Source: Octopus bimaculoides
Lineage: Eukaryota
Direction of reading: 5' to 3'
DNA: 64,000 bases
NCBI RefSeq assembly: GCF_001194135.2
Contig: NC_068983.1
Coordinates: 137,441,317-137,505,316, forward strand
The notes under the pieces were generated by a model that worked only from the letters and a program-made list of their open reading frames with translations, was not told the origin of the DNA and made no database searches. The translations under genes and the position numbers were made by a program. Below are positions 1-12,310 of the stretch, one piece after another (the stretch's first letter is position 1; every line of letters starts with the position of its first letter).

Positions 1-185
1 TATGTGACTTTGTGTCCAGTTTTTCCTTAAATCTATTATGTATAATAAATATTAAAGTATACATGTGTGTGTTTAACTCTTTAGCATTTAAACCAGCCAT
101 ATCCAACCCGAATATTCTACCTGTTTTACGTTCAAACCAGCTAGATCTGGTTTCACACACCTACTCTACAATATCAATCTAAATA

Positions 186-1398
186 CAGGGTGCGAGATGT
201 ATTTGAGGACAGTTGGTATACAATAAAACAACTATATTTCAGCATAAATAAATATGTATTTGAATAAACATTTGTGCAATTAGTCTTGATAATGATTTTT
301 TATGCAAATTATTCTATGAAACCACTTTCGACTTCAATGATTGCTTCAGTGCGGGATCGAAACTGCTAGCATGCTGATATTATATGGTTCTTACTCATTT
401 CGGACATTACCTGGACAATGGCAGCCTATGAAGCTATGGTATTATGGGGATGATAATTAGTATCCTTTCAGCAGTGCTCCACGTGTAGTCCATAGGGTTC
501 AAATCTGGCAGGTTTGGAGGCCACATATTGGGTGTCACATAATTGTAAAGATTGTCTGACAATCATTTTTGGGTGACTAGGACTTTGTGAGAAGGTGCTG
601 AGTCTTGCATACTTCATCAATCCAGAACTTGATAAGTTTCCAGTACCTCAATGTATCCAGCAGCATTAATTCTAAGACCCTGTGGAAAAAAAAGTGGGGA
701 GGCATCTCATGATCTTCACTGCTCACCACTCCTAAAACCAACACAGTTGCTGGAAATTTTGTGTGCATTACTCTGGGTACTTTAGAAGGATCTGCACATA
801 ACCACCTGTCATTTCTTCTGTTAGACTTGATCCTGGTCAAAGTTTTTTTTCTTCATCAGAAAATTCATGAGGGTTTTTCACTTTGTTAAGAAACCATTTT
901 GAACAGATGAGACAGTTTTCTTGTGTCTTCGCAGACACAAATTGGCCTTTCCTCATTGCATAGGACTTGTATTGATTGTCACTATGTACCATAGTTCTTA
1001 TAGTCTACTCTGACACCTCTAATTCTTAAGCAATGGACCTCATTGATCTTCTGGGATTTTCATTGATAATATTTTGAACATGTATAAATTCCAGTGTCCT
1101 TTTAGTGTCTGAGCATTGTGAATGTTTTTTTTCTCTTTGATACAGGTGAAACAATACCATCGCATGCCTTCAATTCCAACCTAACTTTGTGTACAAATGA
1201 TCTTGCAACACTTGCTAGAAAGTTGCTGATTTCTAAATCATTGTGGTTTGCATATATAGCAACTATGACTGCATGTCTTTTCATTTCTTGAGTTAGCATA
1301 TCTTGAAAGGGTTATCTGGGGAAAAAAATTATACATTAAATAATTTGAAGGTGTAATGAGCTAAAAATGAAATGTCCTCAAACAACCCTAGCACCCTG
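186..1398 (-). mobile_element. Decayed full-length Tc1/mariner-superfamily DNA transposon (maT/DD37D-like)
   Basis: Imperfect TIRs: CAGGGTGCGAGATGTATTTGAGGACA at 186 and its reverse complement ending at 1398, both flanked by TA. Broken minus-strand transposase pieces: 1102-1299 (N-terminal HTH) and 577-840 (VLVLGVVSSEDHEMPPHFF catalytic region). Confidence 0.85.
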
Positions 1399-4191
1399 TA
1401 TATGCAATTATATCTTCAAAATCTCAAAACTATGAGATAATTCATGATTGATACAAAGAAATGTAAATAAATACGCATTACATTTGACAATAATTTGGAC
1501 ACTAAAGGGTTAAATCAGTGTATTATGATGTTTGAGGGCTTTCAGAATAACAGCATTGTAATTGGATGTAGTTTAGGGTTTCTGGAATGTAGTTTTAACT
1601 ATATAATACTAATACTTAATTCCTGACATAATACCAATAGTAGGTATGTCTCTGAGGAGTAACATGGATATTGAATCTTAATCTTGGAATCCATCTTTGA
1701 AATTAACCCACAAAACTCAGTCACAAACAACATAGCAATAAACATTTACATGTATGTTCATCTAAGTGCACTAAATATTTTTTATTATATAATACATAAT
1801 GTATAGATTAGATATAAATTGGTCCACATGGCCGATTAAGGACATACACAATATGATCATACATACACACACAACCAAGTGGTATTATGGTTTAGTCCTG
1901 TATTTACATAGCACTTTGAGTGTCTTTGCTATAGCTCCAGACCTTGTGAATGAATTTGAATGAAAAATTGCAGGAAGCCCATAAATGTTTATGACAGTTG
2001 ATATTCTATGCTTGTCACCACATGAATGAAACTGGTGTTTGTATGCCTTGTTGATATTATTGCCTGTCACTGTGCATTTGAAAACCTGAATTTTTTTTTT
2101 TTTTTTAAAAAGAGCCCTTCCTTGAAATAAGTTACAGTTTAGCAAAAAAGAAAAACATCTGGCTATGATATCCTGCCTCAAATAACACCATGTCTAACCA
2201 ATGCTAGCATGGAAAACAGACCTTGAAATGAACAATACACACATGATATACATGTGTATATGTAGGTATACAAGCCTACATACATATATGAAGTCAAAAA
2301 ATAAAATTAACAATAACAAACAAGGACATGCACAAAGAATGTATTAGTTTGATGCTCAGTAAAAAGAGAGAGTTTTTGACGTTTTGGGCATAACTCTTTC
2401 ATCGGAAAGGAGACAGGGAAAGGTCCAAAGAAGGAAAAGAAATTGTCAACAGCATGTGTGTAGTTACATTCACACACAAACACACTTGCATATGATAATT
2501 GCTAGCTGCTTTCCTTCATGAGAAAATGCAAACCCCTCTACCAGCCTACTGTATTTGTCAAAAGGAAAAATTACCTATCTATCTTTATTGTTGCTAGTGA
2601 ACATACGTTGTTAATGAACTTCAAGCCTTTAGCTTCTAATAATGAGATATCCCACCCTAGGTCTCACTGGCCTCCTACCCTGCTCCCTGTAGAGATTGCA
2701 GCCTAATTATGTTGGTCATTTGAATTTATTCATAACCCAACGCCATCAAATTGGTTACTATTGAAACTAAAATACCCTATCCTACAGAATAGTGGACTAA
2801 TTGTCTACACTCTATCTCAAGTACAGTATCCAAGGCAGAGAGCTGATGTCACTGAATTTGTTATCCTGCAGAATGCCTACAAATTTACACCAACATCTTG
2901 TCTGCTCCATCAAGTGAACCTAACAATAAAATAACTGTTACCAGTATGAGAGCAAAACTAACCACATGGTTTAAACTGACCAATAGAATTCTATACACCT
3001 AGAAACCATTGTTTTTCAAATTCTTTCCACTCTTCTTCAAACCGATGAAGTGGGATGTCTTTGCCTATGAAACTTAAATGCAGAACTGAATCAGTTAAGT
3101 AAATATGTCATTTTTTTTGTCCAACTTTTCCATACTTGAATAGGTCAGACAGAATTCATTGAGGTTTATTTTCTGTGACTGGATGCTCTTCCTGTCATCA
3201 CCTTCCTGTTTTACAAGCAAGGTAATATTTTCCCATGGCTAGACATGTTTTCACTAATGTTTAGAAATGAATGGTACCGTTATATGATGGTGTTTCGCGA
3301 TATCAAGACAGAATGAAAACGTACATATTAACAGCCTTCTATCAGTTTCTCTGCCAGATCCACTCATAAGACACAGGACGACACGAAGCTGTAATAGAAG
3401 ACACTTGCCCAAAGCACCATGCAGTGGGACTGAACCCCTAAATTATCTGGTTGGGAAGCAAACTTCTTAATCACATAGTCATACCTAATACAAGTTTATG
3501 TATGGTGTGTGCACTCTACTTTGCACTTTCTCCTCATTAAGCTTTCCTCATTTATCTTAATACCCATCTATCCATTGTGACTTCAAAGTTTTGGTTTCTC
3601 ACCGTCATCTGATGACAATGAGCATGCACTCTACTGGCAGCAACGTGGCTATGTCAACAAGAAGTTTGTTTCACTATCTTCTGCTACGGCCACAGTGTGA
3701 TAAAATTTGGTGAACAGAAACAGGACATTAAATGGTACCAATTTTTCTTTAAGCAATGCCAACTTAAAGACAGACATACTTCACAACACACTTCTGCAGT
3801 TTCCATCTACCATATTCACAAGGTTATCACCTAAACAGATGCATGGTTAAGTAATTGACTATGTATGTATGCATAGAAACGACTGTAAATTCATACAACA
3901 CCCACCTTTCTGTTTTATGCTGTATTTTGTAGACATTCTACATGTGTAGTATGAATATTTTGAGCCAATAAGGGAACCTGTGATAAAACTAATTAGCTGA
4001 TTTAATTACCGTTTTATAGTATATATTTTATAAAAAAAAAAAGTAAGCCGCCATAGTGTTGAACTTTGGAGTTCAACTTTTGTACCTGCTTTTCATCTTT
4101 CTCATATCGGTAAAATATTAATCCACGGCGTTAGATTGGCAGAATCAGAACATTAGACAAAGGTCTGCTTGCACGCACACACCCACTGACC

Positions 4192-4975
4192 TGGGATGGA
4201 GCACGAAAAAGTAGCCCGGATTTTGTAGCGTAGTTTAAATACAAAAATAAATTTACACATGAAAAATATCCAGCTTTTCGTTTGCATGTGCCATTGTGTT
4301 ATTTTGACTGAAAAATTAACCCGAGTTCCGTAGCATAGTGTAAATACAGAAATAAATTTACACAAGCAAAAAACGCACTCAGCCTTTCGTTTGCAAGTGC
4401 CATTGTGTTATTTCGACCGCTTGTAACTGCTGATCAAAGATAGCGTACGGGTCGACTGTTTGCTACGTTATCTCTCATCACATTATTTGATTGTATGGTT
4501 GCGTTGAGTAAATATCTCTGGGGGTTTTCTGCAAAATGACGTACTCAATAGCAGAAAGGATGGAGATTGTGAGAACGGGTTCTGTTAAGCAAACGTGTTA
4601 AATTTTTTGAAGTTAAGTTTCCGGGTAAAGGCTTACCGGCAAAGAGAACGATACAAATGTTGGTTAAGAAGTGGCGCACCACGGGGTCAGTACACAATGC
4701 CCCAAAACCAAGAGACCCTACTGTTCGAACGCCAGAAGTTATTCAGGACGTTCGCCAAAGGATTACTCGAAGTCCAAACAAGTCGACACGTAAATTGGGC
4801 GCAGCAGTCTCACATAAGCAGGAGGACATCCCAGCGGGTGTTGAAAAGTCTAAAGTTGGATCCAACTGATTTCACATGTGTATAGCAATTAAAAGTGGAT
4901 GACAAGAACAAACGAGTAAATTCATTTCTATATATACACTACGCTACGGAACCCAGGCTACTTTCGTGCACCCAC
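4192..4975 (+). mobile_element. Internally deleted mariner-type element retaining only the frameshifted N-terminal HTH (DUF4817-like) coding region
   Basis: GCACGAAAAAGTAGCCCGGATTTTGTAGCGTAGT at 4201 is inverted relative to ACTACGCTACGGAACCCAGGCTACTTTCGTGC at about 4938-4969. There is a ~105-bp direct duplication in the left end. ATG 4536 MTYSIAERMEIV continues via frameshifts into MLVKKWRTTGSV...VRQRITRSPNKSTRKL and ISRRTSQRVLKSLKL. Confidence 0.75.
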
Positions 4976-5196
4976 ACACTAACCTTTTTATATTTCTCCC
5001 TATTTCTGTGTAAACTGTTCTTTAAGAGAATAATGAGGAATAGGATGGAACATTTTTAGATTGTTATTGATATCGATGAAAGTAAAATGATTCCAAATTA
5101 GAATCGAAATCGAGTGCCCAGGCTCGCTTCCCCTTCTCCTTGAACTTTCAATGTTTTCTCAATAGTAGTTTGTTGCTTTGCAACATCTCGGCAAAT

Positions 5197-5206
5197 TCTC
5201 GCGAGA
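5197..5206. promoter_or_regulatory. TCTCGCGAGA palindromic promoter motif upstream of the first variable exon
   Basis: Perfect palindrome ATTCTCGCGAGAAT (5195-5208) in a CpG-retaining stretch. YY1-like AAAATGGCCG at 5421. Confidence 0.55.
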
Positions 5207-5930
5207 ATCTTTAACGTTATTATGGAAGTCTTCTCTGTGGATGACACGGTGGCGGTTGTCTGTGTTTCGTAGTTTTTAATATTTCATTTGCTTTTTTTAT
5301 ATATATTTAGAAGTTGTTGTTTTTTTTTTACGTATATTATTGGATTTGTGAATTAATCTAGAAGAATTCATGTCAGATACTCAGAAGAAACATTACGTTG
5401 TTTATTTAATTGTGATTTACAAAATGGCCGACTGTTTCAGAGAGACACTGAAAATCGACGATTTCACGTAATGTGGGGCTTGTATTTTTATATTGTCAAC
5501 ATATCTATTATATGTTCAGATCTTCTAATATAGCGAAAACTTGACAGTTTTCTGTGCGTATATTGAAGATATGATCCTCTTAAAAGACTGATTGTTAAAA
5601 AAAAGTCGTTATTCGATCACGTCTGACGTGTCGGTAAACAAACGTCAAGGTCCTGCGGAAAAAATAAATAGTTATAGAATTTGCGTTCGTTTTCTTGTAT
5701 TTATTTTTATTAGTATTCCATACTTAGGAGTCGAAGAATGCTTAGTGTAAAAATACTATTGTAAATAGTTTTTACTGCACTTCTTCGTACGAAATCGATT
5801 GCTGTATTAATAAAATTAAATGGAAAGGTAACGAATGCTATTTCTAATTATAGTATGATAAAAAGATTGAGTTGTTCGGTGTAAGTGGCTTACTGAAGAA
5901 ATTTGTTGTTGGAAATTTTGGAAGTCAATT

Positions 5931-6107
5931 ATGGTTCAGTCGTATGTCCGGAAAACAGACAATGGGAAGTGGTCATCTAGCCAGATGGTTTCTGCCGTAT
6001 CAGCAGTACTGTCTGGAAGTCTCAGTATTAGAAAAGCTGCTAAGAAGTTCGCAATCCCTAAAGCCACACTCGCTCGTCATTATAAAAAACCGTGTTATTC
6101 CTTCTTA
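5931..6107 (+). CDS. Variable exon V1: pipsqueak-type HTH DNA-binding domain (59 aa), phase-0 donor
   Basis: MVQSYVRKTDNGKWSSSQMVSAVSAVLSGSLSIRKAAKKFAIPKATLARHYK fits the HTH_psq pattern. Donor TTA|GTAAGT at 6107/6108. Confidence 0.85.
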
Positions 6108-7609
6108 GTAAGTAATTCTCACACGCACACACACATATGTATGTATATATATATTTCTATATATATAAAATATCGTTGTATCAAATTTGTTTATTACATA
6201 CATTACGTCTTTAAAGGCTACTTAATTCTAAATTAACTTAAATTTGTTTAATTTTCTTCATTTGCAATGTATGGACTTTTTTGTTATTTTCTATGAAATA
6301 TTTGAAAAATAATTCGATGGCATGTATTACGTATCTGGTGATAGCTTACTTTAAAAAGGTCTGTCAAAAAGAAAACAGTGAAGGGGAAGGTAGATGTTAT
6401 CCACATCAGAAATCGTTATTCGAACTCTTTACTACTAAAGCATTTTTTCAAGAATTATGTTTCTTGATAAAAATTAAAATTTTTATACTTACCCAGCAAT
6501 GTTGATTAGAATGCATAAATACTTATACACACACTAGCATTGCATTAAATATTAAACTGTCCATGGATTTATTCCAAAATAAGAAGGGTTCCACTTTCTA
6601 TTATCGACTGTTAGAACAGTATATGCACACAAATACATATATTTCATATGTATTTATATATTGTTGTGCATGTGTGTGTACATCTAGACATGTCTTCTGG
6701 CACATAATGACTTAGCAAGACGTTCAAACGTTAACTGAAACAATTCTAAATATATGTAGAGCTTAAAATTTATGCTTACAAAGAAAAGATTGACAGTGAG
6801 ACCTGACTTTGTAGTTACACTTGTGATTAGGTTCATCAACTCTTGGAACCAATCCCCGATGAAATAAAAACACTGACAACCTGTTGTTCATCATTGATCA
6901 ATCCGACCAAGCATAACCTGGGGCTAAACAAAGAGCCCTGTGCAGTTAGTTTCTTGGCCTAACTAAATAGCAGATGTCCTTTCAAATCACACCCTACCAT
7001 TTTAAGAATGTATGAGGGACATGGGACACCCAGTCATGACTTGGGGCTAAACAAACGCATACAATCAGATTAAATGGTTTCTATTAAGGACTGGAGAAAT
7101 ATAAGATTTTCTAAACTCAACTCTTCCTGTTCTCAACCATTACCTGATTTAAATTCAGGCATTTTTATTTTCATTCCAATGATCTTTGAAAACACATGTC
7201 ATATTGTTAACTGGGGATATAAACATCCACACTCACAACTGGCATCCCTATTGTTTCCATTTTCCAATTTCTCTTACAAGGCATTAGTTGACCTCCAGCT
7301 GTAGTACAAGACATTTGCCCAAGTTGCCACTTCGGATAACATGTTATGAAGTTAACTCTGTTCATATGGCCATGTGTCTATTATACAGTAATGCCTTGAT
7401 ATAAAAGTTACTCTTTTCCCAGAGATAGCTTGTAAAACGAAAACACATGAAGCAGAACAATAATTTCCCAGAAAAAATATTTTATCTGTAAAATTTATAA
7501 TACTCATAGATAGATGGCAATAAGACAACAGTAGAATGTAAAGAATATCAAGATCATTTATAATAAAAAAATATTTTTATAATCATTTTCTGAATCAATT
7601 TCACTTACA

Positions 7610-7810
7610 CTAGACTCATGCCACCATCACTTGCAGACACGATTGCCAATTTGCAAACACTTGTAGACGGACTTGTAGATTTCTTTTTACATAACAAGTC
7701 TAGAGTTGTTTGCTTAGAAGCTTTTTTTCACTCTCTAAATTTCTCAGTAATACACAGGAACATTTATGGTAGTAGAAATTTTTGCACTTCATTCAGAATT
7801 TGGATCTTGA
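7610..7810 (-). mobile_element. Fossil Tigger/pogo transposase C-terminus
   Basis: Minus strand reads DPNSE*SAKISTTIN...KKASKQTTLDLLCKKK with stops and frameshifts, resembling pogo/Tigger C-termini. Confidence 0.45.
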
Positions 7811-8249
7811 GTTTGAAAAATAAAACTCGTAATGTGAGGTATTAATGTATGTTAATTGCATCCATACAGCCACATGTAATGATGAACTAAATCTACCAAC
7901 ATTATTATGGATCGCTGAGTCCCCAGAAATAGCTGTTGGACTTATAATAACCCCTTTTTAATTCTCTCTGTTGTTTGTACTCTGTAAGTTGGACCTGTTG
8001 TTATAAATATATATTTATACTTCATCATCTGAAAGTATCCATCTTTTGCTTTCTCTTGTTTTGCATATATACATACTTCATATTTCATTCCCAAACTAAT
8101 ATAGTTGATATATCCAGTTTGTTTATTCACGTGATTGCCTCTATGTGTGTGTATATGTATAAGCAGGTACGTGGACACTACATATCCAGATGCTAGGTTC
8201 TCATGCTCACCTCTCTTATTAATACAACCTTTCTTCTTGATTTTCTTTT

Positions 8250-8626
8250 ATTCTTTCTTTTACTTGTTTCAGTCATTTGACTGCAGCCATGCTGGACCAC
8301 CGCCTTTAGTCGAGCAAATCAACCCCAGGACTTATTCTTTGTAAGCCTGGTACTTATTGTATTGGTCTCTTTTTACCGAACCACTAAGTTACGGGGACGT
8401 AAACACACCAGCATTGGTTGTCGAGCGATGGTGGGGGGACAATCACACATACATACATATATAATATATATATATAATGTGACGGGCTTCTTTCAGTTTC
8501 CATCTACCAAATCCGCTCACAAGCTTTGGTCGGCCCGAAGCTATAGTAGAAGACACTTGCCCAAGGTGCCACGCAGTGGGACTGAACCCAGAACCATGTG
8601 GTTGGTAAACAAGCCACTTACCACAC
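8250..8626 (-). mobile_element. Full-length tRNA-derived SINE; further copies or heads at about 3340-3480(-), 16090-16235(+), 37380-37680, 40920-41050(+), 44740-44890(+), 56420-56555(-), 62230-62380(+)
   Basis: Reverse complement has an A-box/B-box head (GTGTGGTAAG...GGTTCAGTCCC), an internal microsatellite and a conserved body. It recurs many times in the window. Confidence 0.85.
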
Positions 8627-9680
8627 ACACAATATCTGTAAGCATTTCTTTGTAGCTGGGCTGTTTGGGTGAGAGATGTCATTATGCACTCTTAAAATAA
8701 ATTAACAGAAATTACAAAAATAAAAGGCATATAACTTACATGTTATAAATTATGCCTTCTGTATTGACAATAAATGTAGATTGCTTGGAGTATATGTTAA
8801 TGTGTGTGGTAGCCATAGAACAATGAATGTGGAAAAGTTCTGATAGGGTTTGGGGGAATAATATTCTACTTCCATGAAAAGCAGAAGTGCCAATGAACTG
8901 AAAGTGAAGTAGGGCATTTAAAGAGCTGAAATATATGTAAGGGTGGTGATGTGAACAATAGATGCTGGATGAAAATGTGTTGTTTGTTAGATACTTACTT
9001 ACCACAGTAAAATGCAGTAAGAAATATGGTGCAGTTTCAAATAACACCATGTCAATAAATCTTAAAAGAGTAGGGCAATAAGTGATGGTATATAGAATCT
9101 AATGCTAATATCAACAAAAGGGCATTGTAATAATAATCCTTATTTAATTTTATTACTGTATTACTTTCACTATTTGCTTGTCTTAACTAATTAATTACCA
9201 ACAGCACTAATTTATATCTGAGTGTGCTGTACACCAGGAATTAACTGCTAGTGGCACCAGTTCAGTTTTGAAATAGTAAACTTGCATTTGGAAATTTCAA
9301 AAGTTAGGGGGGGGGGTTCTGCAAAGTGACAGCCACAAATGACCTCCAGCGAAACTGATAATCAAATAACTTTATAGTTCCACAGATATTCTTTTAATTT
9401 GAAGGCAACATTGGACGTTGATTTTTCCATGATGAAATTTTAACATGAAGTTTCAGGTAATGGAAGTAGTCAACTCACAGACACATACACAAAACTTAGT
9501 TTGCAAGTAATATGGCACAAATACCCTACATCTAGTAGTGGGTCGGTGTATATGTCAATTGACTACTTACTATTTCCATGATGCTTCATTCTAAAATTTC
9601 TTAATATATTCTGATAAATTTTTGAAACCTAACGTATTACCTTATGTTCTAATACCAAATCTTATTTTCTTCCACTCCAG

Positions 9681-9776
9681 CATTTTGTTGGTGGCAATGG
9701 ACCTACACGAGACCACCCTGATCCTCTACCTGTCAGACCAATGAATGTTCTCCATTCCTCAGCTGGTTACATAGAT
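9681..9776 (+). CDS. Isolated phase-0/phase-0 exon encoding a THAP-domain C-terminal segment (32 aa)
   Basis: Acceptor TTTTCTTCCACTCCAG|; HFVGGNGPTRDHPDPLPVRPMNVLHSSAGYID; donor GAT|GTAAGT. Matches the tail of V8 (HFIGKNGPTPEHPDPIP). Confidence 0.7.
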
Positions 9777-11199
9777 GTAAGTTTCTTTTTATTTAACTTC
9801 ATTTGAACATTGTATGTGTGTATGCACACCCATGCAGAGTATGTACAAATAATAGTAAGAGTACAAGCAAATACTCAGCACATTTAGTCGGGAGTAAGTG
9901 TGTGGTGAGTTGACTGCTTCCGTTATTCTGCAGTTTCATGCCAACGTTTCTTTACTTCTATGTCATCTGGTAAATTCCTCAAGGTACAAAACTTATGGGG
10001 AAAATTAAACACTAATAAATATATGGTAGTAACATTGTGGCAATGCACATAATAATGTTTAATAAGTTACATCTTATTTCTCAACTTAAAATATTGTCCA
10101 CACATCAAGAGAAGTGTAGACATTTGATGCTCTTGACAATAGTTACAGTAATTTTATATTAGGTTTGTATATAGCTTTATTAGGTTTTCCAAAGATTCTT
10201 ATATATTAGTTATATTTTCTATGGCAATTAATCATGTTTTATAGAGTCCTTATTTCTACAATTGAGTTTGTTCCATTTTCAAGCATTTTCTCTCTCCATA
10301 GCATGAGAATTTTTAGATACAAGATTGAAGATGCTTAGTTTTATACATACCCCTTAGCAGGTATGAAATTTTAAGATTAATTTCTTTGCTATTAATTGAG
10401 ACATTTAATATAAAATTTTGGTGAACAATATATTCTGTTTACTTGACCTAATTTTTTACTAAAATCCTCTCAATAGCTTTGAAATCTACTATAACAACTC
10501 CATTGAAGCTGACTTTGGTTTCTTTATATCTCCTAGTCAACTTCAGGGTGTCTTAACTTTCATGCCATGCAGAGGTGATTTCTCCAAAACTTCTTTCAAT
10601 TTTCCTACTGCACTATTTTACTCCTTATCCTATGTTTTGCAAGCATTCAAAATTGGAATTGCCGTGTTTTTTTTACTTAGCTAGAACCTTATCACCACTA
10701 TCTTAACCTTCATTTTTCCATGCTCAGTTAGGTCAGCCATAATTTGTTGAGCTAGATTTTCTATGGCTGGATGCCCTTCCAGTCACCAACCATCACTTTT
10801 TTTTTTTTTCAAAGTAAGATAGCATTTCCCCGTGATCTGATTTGTCTTGGAAGTTACACTCACAACTATCACAATGCCAAGGCTGAAAGACTAACACACA
10901 CACAATGGGTTTCTTTTCAGTTTACACCTACCAAAATCCACTCATTACTTTGGTTGGCTAATAAGTAAAAGACATTTGTAACACAGCATGTGGGAAGCAG
11001 ACTTTTTTTTTGGGCCTCAATCAACTAAAAAAAAAAAAGAAAATCCTGTTTGGTGTTTTTGTGACTAACTTGTCTTTTTGAACACAGTGCATATGTAATG
11101 TTCATTTAATGAAAGTTAATATATTATTCTTAAAGATTTAATATTTAAAAAGAATGCTATTTAAAGTAAACTGAAGAGTAACTTGCAAAGGGGGATACA

Positions 11200-12310
11200 C
11201 CTTGACATTTGACATTGAAAGCATTGCTTCTGTACATTCCCTCCCAAAGAAAGGCATTTCTTCCAACCAAGCCAACTATTGCCCCATTGCTCTCACTTAA
11301 AGCATCTATGTAATAGACATTCGTCACCTTAAGTGTCTTGTCATTCACCTGTTGGGTCTCACTTTAAAGAAGTTTACCAAAATCAGTATCATTTGCTCTA
11401 GACATCAGTAAAGCCTTTGACCATGTCTGGCATGCAAGACTGTCGAAACTTCCCGCCTACAGGCTTCACTCATCTATTGGATCAGTAATTTCATATTCGA
11501 TTGCACCAATACAGCATATATTGACTGTACTTTGTCTCTCTTATTCTCAATCAACTCCAAGTTCCACATATTCTTTATATCAATGCCACACCATTCAGCC
11601 ATGCCCAGATGACATGACCCTTCATTCTTTCCTAACCTTTCATAATAACACATCATCTACATGCAACCTAGACACCACATACCAAACCTGCATTGGCTCC
11701 ACTTTCAGGGCATCCTCTAGTGAGACCATGCCAACCTTTTCTGTTTTAACAACAGAAAACTCAAGCACTATGCATATTAAAAAAACACCATTGAACTCTT
11801 GCTAATCACTCAGCTACAGCTCCTCACTGTGCCACTGTCATCTGGCAAGAGTATATCTCTGGTATGGCTAGAATCACATCCCAAAAATGAGTCCTCTTTA
11901 GGGCTAGAAAATATTTCATTCCTTAAAAGCTGCCAACATTCTACAAGCTCAAGTTAGGCTCACAATGGAGTACTATGTCCCCATTTGGGACAAAACAGCA
12001 ACTGTGCACACTGGCGCCCTGAGCCACAGCCACAAAAGAGCTATTCAACACTAATAGGTACATTACAGCCTCTAGCACACAAGTAGACTGTCTTTCTATT
12101 GCTATTGTAATGGTCTCTGCTTCTGAGAGCCAGCTGGTCTCATACCCCACTAGTTAGGTGCTCCTGACCCACTTGTGTTTCCATCCTTGTCACTAACCAT
12201 AAATCTGAATCATTCCGTTGAACATTGGCTCTCTGGGATCCTCTCCCTGCTCACATCTTTCTTGTAAGTATTGACTTGCAACAGTTTAAACAGAACATTA
12301 ACAATCAATT
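11200..12310 (+). mobile_element. Degraded non-LTR retrotransposon reverse transcriptase fragment (CR1/L2/Jockey-like)
   Basis: Frameshifted motifs NYCPIALT, ALDISKAFDHVWH and a YADD-like PDDMTL. Confidence 0.7.

Noticed and set aside
1885-2181. 98-aa minus ORF as a host exon
   Set aside because: No recognisable domain, A-rich acceptor context, and it could not be joined in frame to other exons.
2360-3075. Penelope-like remnant with degenerate hammerhead cores (CCGATGAA...AAAC)
   Set aside because: Catalytic core positions are mutated and no convincing RT or GIY-YIG translation was found.
8484-8626. tRNA gene
   Set aside because: A/B boxes belong to a multi-copy SINE head with no complete cloverleaf.
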